From: an uncultured Planctomycetaceae bacterium
Lineage (GTDB): Bacteria > Planctomycetota > Planctomycetia > Planctomycetales > Planctomycetaceae
Assembly (NCBI GenBank): GCA_963815195.1
Contig: CAWFGE010000021.1
Location: forward strand, 212,609-276,608
Length of the DNA: 64,000 bases
Direction of reading: 5' to 3'
Every line of letters starts with the position of its first letter. The stretch's first letter is position 1. Both the position numbers and the translations under genes were made by a program. Positions 61,306 through 64,000 of this stretch are shown here, in pieces. The notes under the pieces were generated by a model. That model searched no databases. It saw only the letters and a program-made list of their open reading frames with translations, and was not told the origin of the DNA.

Positions 61306-62445
61306 TTACTGATTCGGAATCATGATGAAACCACGAGTCACGCCGTCGAACTTGCCGTGGCCGGTGATGACTCCAGCGTTTGTAATTCGATACGCGATCC
61401 AGAGTACGTCCCAATTGTTGTCGTTGTGTAATTGATTTAGGTCGATGGCTCCGGTGTCGACATGCCATAGGATTGGATATTCTTTATCCACTAGGTTTGC
61501 CCCCTTCTTGTAATTAATATGGACATAGCCCACGATGTATCCCGAGTCGTTGATGTCGAAGGCGTATCCGTCGGAGGTGTTACGCGGCACGGGCAACGCT
61601 TGCATATTGCCGCCGGCAGGCAAGAGAAAAGGCATCAGGTCAGACCGTCCGCAGACGTCTCCGTAACCGTTGATGCCGTATCCGTCCGAGTACGACTGAA
61701 AATATCCCAGGCCTGTTGGCGGTCCGGCTTGGAGTTCCCCTGGCCCGTTGACGCTCACAGACCAAACGACGGCTTCCTCGTTCGGACCGCCTGGACTTGT
61801 TCTCCAGGAGTCACCCAGAACAATTGTCGGCCCCTCCACCGGATCGTTCACTCGGACGGCCACGGATGTGGCATCGCCATTAAGCGGCGACAATACCACG
61901 GGTCCCTGGATCGTGATGGCCCCTTGCCCATTAACAATGGCCCGCCACGCAACCGCTGTGTTCCCGCCGGGTGTGCCCGCAACTCGTGAGTAGCCAACGA
62001 TGATTCGATCATCATTGATATCCACGGCAATGCTGACATCATCTCCCGCGAGGGGCAGCAGGGAAATCGGATCGGCCCCCAGACCCGGGATGAAGTAGGC
62101 GGTTCCATTGGAGGTGGTGACGATTTCTCCCTCGTTGTTGATCGCATTCCCGCCTAAAGGCAGTTGCGTGTATGTTCCCGTAGTCAGATTGAGGTGCCAG
62201 TTTGTGTATGCGTTATCACTCGATTCGGCAAAGCCGATGACTTCGCCCACATTATTCACGTCCGTGACGCCTGTCCGTTGTGAACCCGTACCGAGGGGAG
62301 CAAGCGGCATAATCGTGTAGATGGGACCGCCCCCACCACCACCTCCCCCGGTGGGTTTCTTAGCCAGGACGATTGAGGTGCAGGCAAGTCCGATTGCCAA
62401 CGACATAGACAACACGACATGTTTGGCAGTAGTTCTTGTGAACAT
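61306..62445 (-). CDS. exported HAF-repeat-like protein
   Basis: Signal peptide, Gly linker, and repeats DVNNVGEVIG, AINNEGEIV, DINDDRIIVG, GINGYGDVCG and DINDSGYIVG. Confidence 0.8.
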   Translation of the reverse strand: MFTRTTAKHVVLSMSLAIGLACTSIVLAKKPTGGGGGGGGPIYTIMPLAPLGTGSQRTGVTDVNNVGEVIGFAESSDNAYTNWHLNLTTGTYTQLPLGGNAINNEGEIVTTSNGTAYFIPGLGADPISLLPLAGDDVSIAVDINDDRIIVGYSRVAGTPGGNTAVAWRAIVNGQGAITIQGPVVLSPLNGDATSVAVRVNDPVEGPTIVLGDSWRTSPGGPNEEAVVWSVSVNGPGELQAGPPTGLGYFQSYSDGYGINGYGDVCGRSDLMPFLLPAGGNMQALPVPRNTSDGYAFDINDSGYIVGYVHINYKKGANLVDKEYPILWHVDTGAIDLNQLHNDNNWDVLWIAYRITNAGVITGHGKFDGVTRGFIMIPNQ

Positions 62446-62509
62446 GAGATTGCTCCTGATGGATGTTGCTGAACTGGGAATCAATACCGGGGATACAAGA
62501 CACGCGAAA

Positions 62510-63516
62510 CTAGGGGGCAATCAACTTATAGCCGTCGGGGGGCGCTTGGTTGACCAGGCACTCCATCTGCGCCCACGCGGCTTCTTCCTCGATCGTCTGG
62601 TTGGCGTCCTTGCTCTTGTCATGTGGCACCACGACGGCGCAGCAATCGACGGATTCTCCTCCCTCTCCATCCCGTGTCACCGCGACGACCAGATACACGC
62701 GTCCGAACCCGTTGCCGCTCCGATCGGCTCGCAACAGCAAGCCTCCGTTCGCATTGAGGGCGGCGTCGGCCGAATTTTCCGACGGTTCGTTACTGAAAAC
62801 GAGCAGTTCCTGCGTTGGGGCGACACTCAGGCCGACGCTGACCATCTGTTGATCGGGGGGCCACAAATAAGTGCAAGCCGCGGCCTCGACAGGATTAGGC
62901 GTGGCAGGCGTGCCGAGAGTGTTCACACGGACGTGCGAGACCGACCCGTGATCGACCGTCAGCATGAGTTGCCAGTCGGCGTGGTCGGCGGGCGACCCGT
63001 CCGCGGCATAGAATGCGGGTCCGACGATCCGGTAGTCAATGTAGCCGGCGAGAGCGTTTTCCGGTGTCAGGAAGTAGCCATTCGCCGAGATGGCAAGCGT
63101 GTAGGTGCCTGCCTCTTCGAAGGTGTAGTTAAAGTTGCCGTCGTAGAAGCCGATGCCCGGTCCCCGGGCGTGTCGTCAATTTGGGCCAGAACATCTTGAT
63201 TCGAGTCGAACAGCACCATGCCCCCGTCCGCGCGGGTGATTTCCCCGTCGCCGTTGAGGTCGCCGCCGGCGTAAATGCTCTCGTAAATCAGAGCATCGAA
63301 GTTGACCGTCGTGCGGGCGGCAACGTCGAACGTGATCCAGTCGATCGAGGCTTCATCCACCAAACCGTCACCATCAAGGTCGGCAAGAATAAATTCACCG
63401 CTGGTGATGATCGGGGGCTGCGGTGGAGCGGCGAAAAGGGATTGCGCAGGCGGGAGTGCGGCTGCCGCGAGTACGAGTGCCGTACAAAACCATTGGTCGA
63501 ATGCGGAGCGGTTCAT
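62510..63516 (-). CDS. exported protein (PPC/DVUA0089-like N-part, LWPP...LRA.RSG.G.GRVY Ig-like C-part); frameshift near 63165
   Basis: Signal peptide in ORF 63067..63516. After a cccgggg run the alternative frame PGIGFYDGNFNYTFEEAGTYTLAIS runs in frame into ORF 62510..62965. Confidence 0.75.
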
Positions 63517-63729
63517 GTTTGTCCTTTCGAGGCGAGAAGGGTCTGCGGTACAATAAAAAACGCCGTCCGCTCGGGGCGCAGACCGTGTCCCCGGCGGTTG
63601 GCTTCCTGCGCCCGGTGAGAACTTTCCGTGGCGGTAACAGCTCGCCGGGCGATTCTTCTGGCGGTTCGTTTTTTCCTGCCTGAGAATCAGTCCGTCATTT
63701 TCAATTCTTGAATCATTTAAACCGAGGGC

Positions 63730-64000
63730 TCAGGGCAGGTCTCTGAACTGTGGCTTTTTCGTCAGTAACTCCCTTTCCGGACGTCGACGGAAATGTCGAG
63801 AATCTCGCTCTCTTTGACCGTCAGCTTTTTGCCGCTCTGGGCCCGCACGAGGCTCTGGAAGGCGGTGAGAAACATGTCGCGGACTTCGAAGTCGCCGTAG
63901 GATTCGGCCTCGGCTGCGTCCTGCAGTTTGACGAGGAGCGCATTTCCAGGCCCGCGTGGGTCTTTAAGCTCATCGTCAAATCGGCGAGATTCTCGTAAGA
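63730..64000 (-). CDS. C-terminus of a protein entering from the right edge (FIMAH-like helical domain)
   Basis: Manual translation ...GNALLVKLQDAAEAESYGDFEVRDMFLTAFQSLVRAQSGKKLTVKESEIL...FRDLP*. Confidence 0.6.

Overview
GC-rich bacterial DNA with strong Planctomycetota (probably Planctomycetaceae) hallmarks: a DUF1552/DUF1592 cytochrome pair, an ECF sigma factor plus Ser/Thr kinase pair, an LEDRxLL export motif and planctomycete-type REP palindromes. From 1 to 32 kb it is mostly core or ordinary genes (GntR, ACP/FabF-like, FtsH, SodC, DksA-like, kinases, GT2, a CE1-CE15 esterase, HtpG) interspersed with several REP-like families. From 32.2 to 36.6 kb lies an integron remnant: an N-terminally truncated intI in the same orientation as five attC-bounded cassettes (HEPN-like, MafI-like, ankyrin, lipoprotein, SMI1/KNR4). 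From 36.6 to 43.5 kb is a mobile-element scrapyard (IS1380, IS3, IS4, composite REP modules, gene fragments). From 46.2 to 61.1 kb is one ~5,000-aa exported protein, split by two probable indel errors. It ends in six tandem Hcp-like (T6SS tube) domains, matching the six subunits of an Hcp ring, with no other T6SS gene in the window; this is the most notable observation. About 11 apparent frameshifts, including one in htpG, suggest long-read assembly errors. All domain calls are by-eye motif recognition, not database searches.
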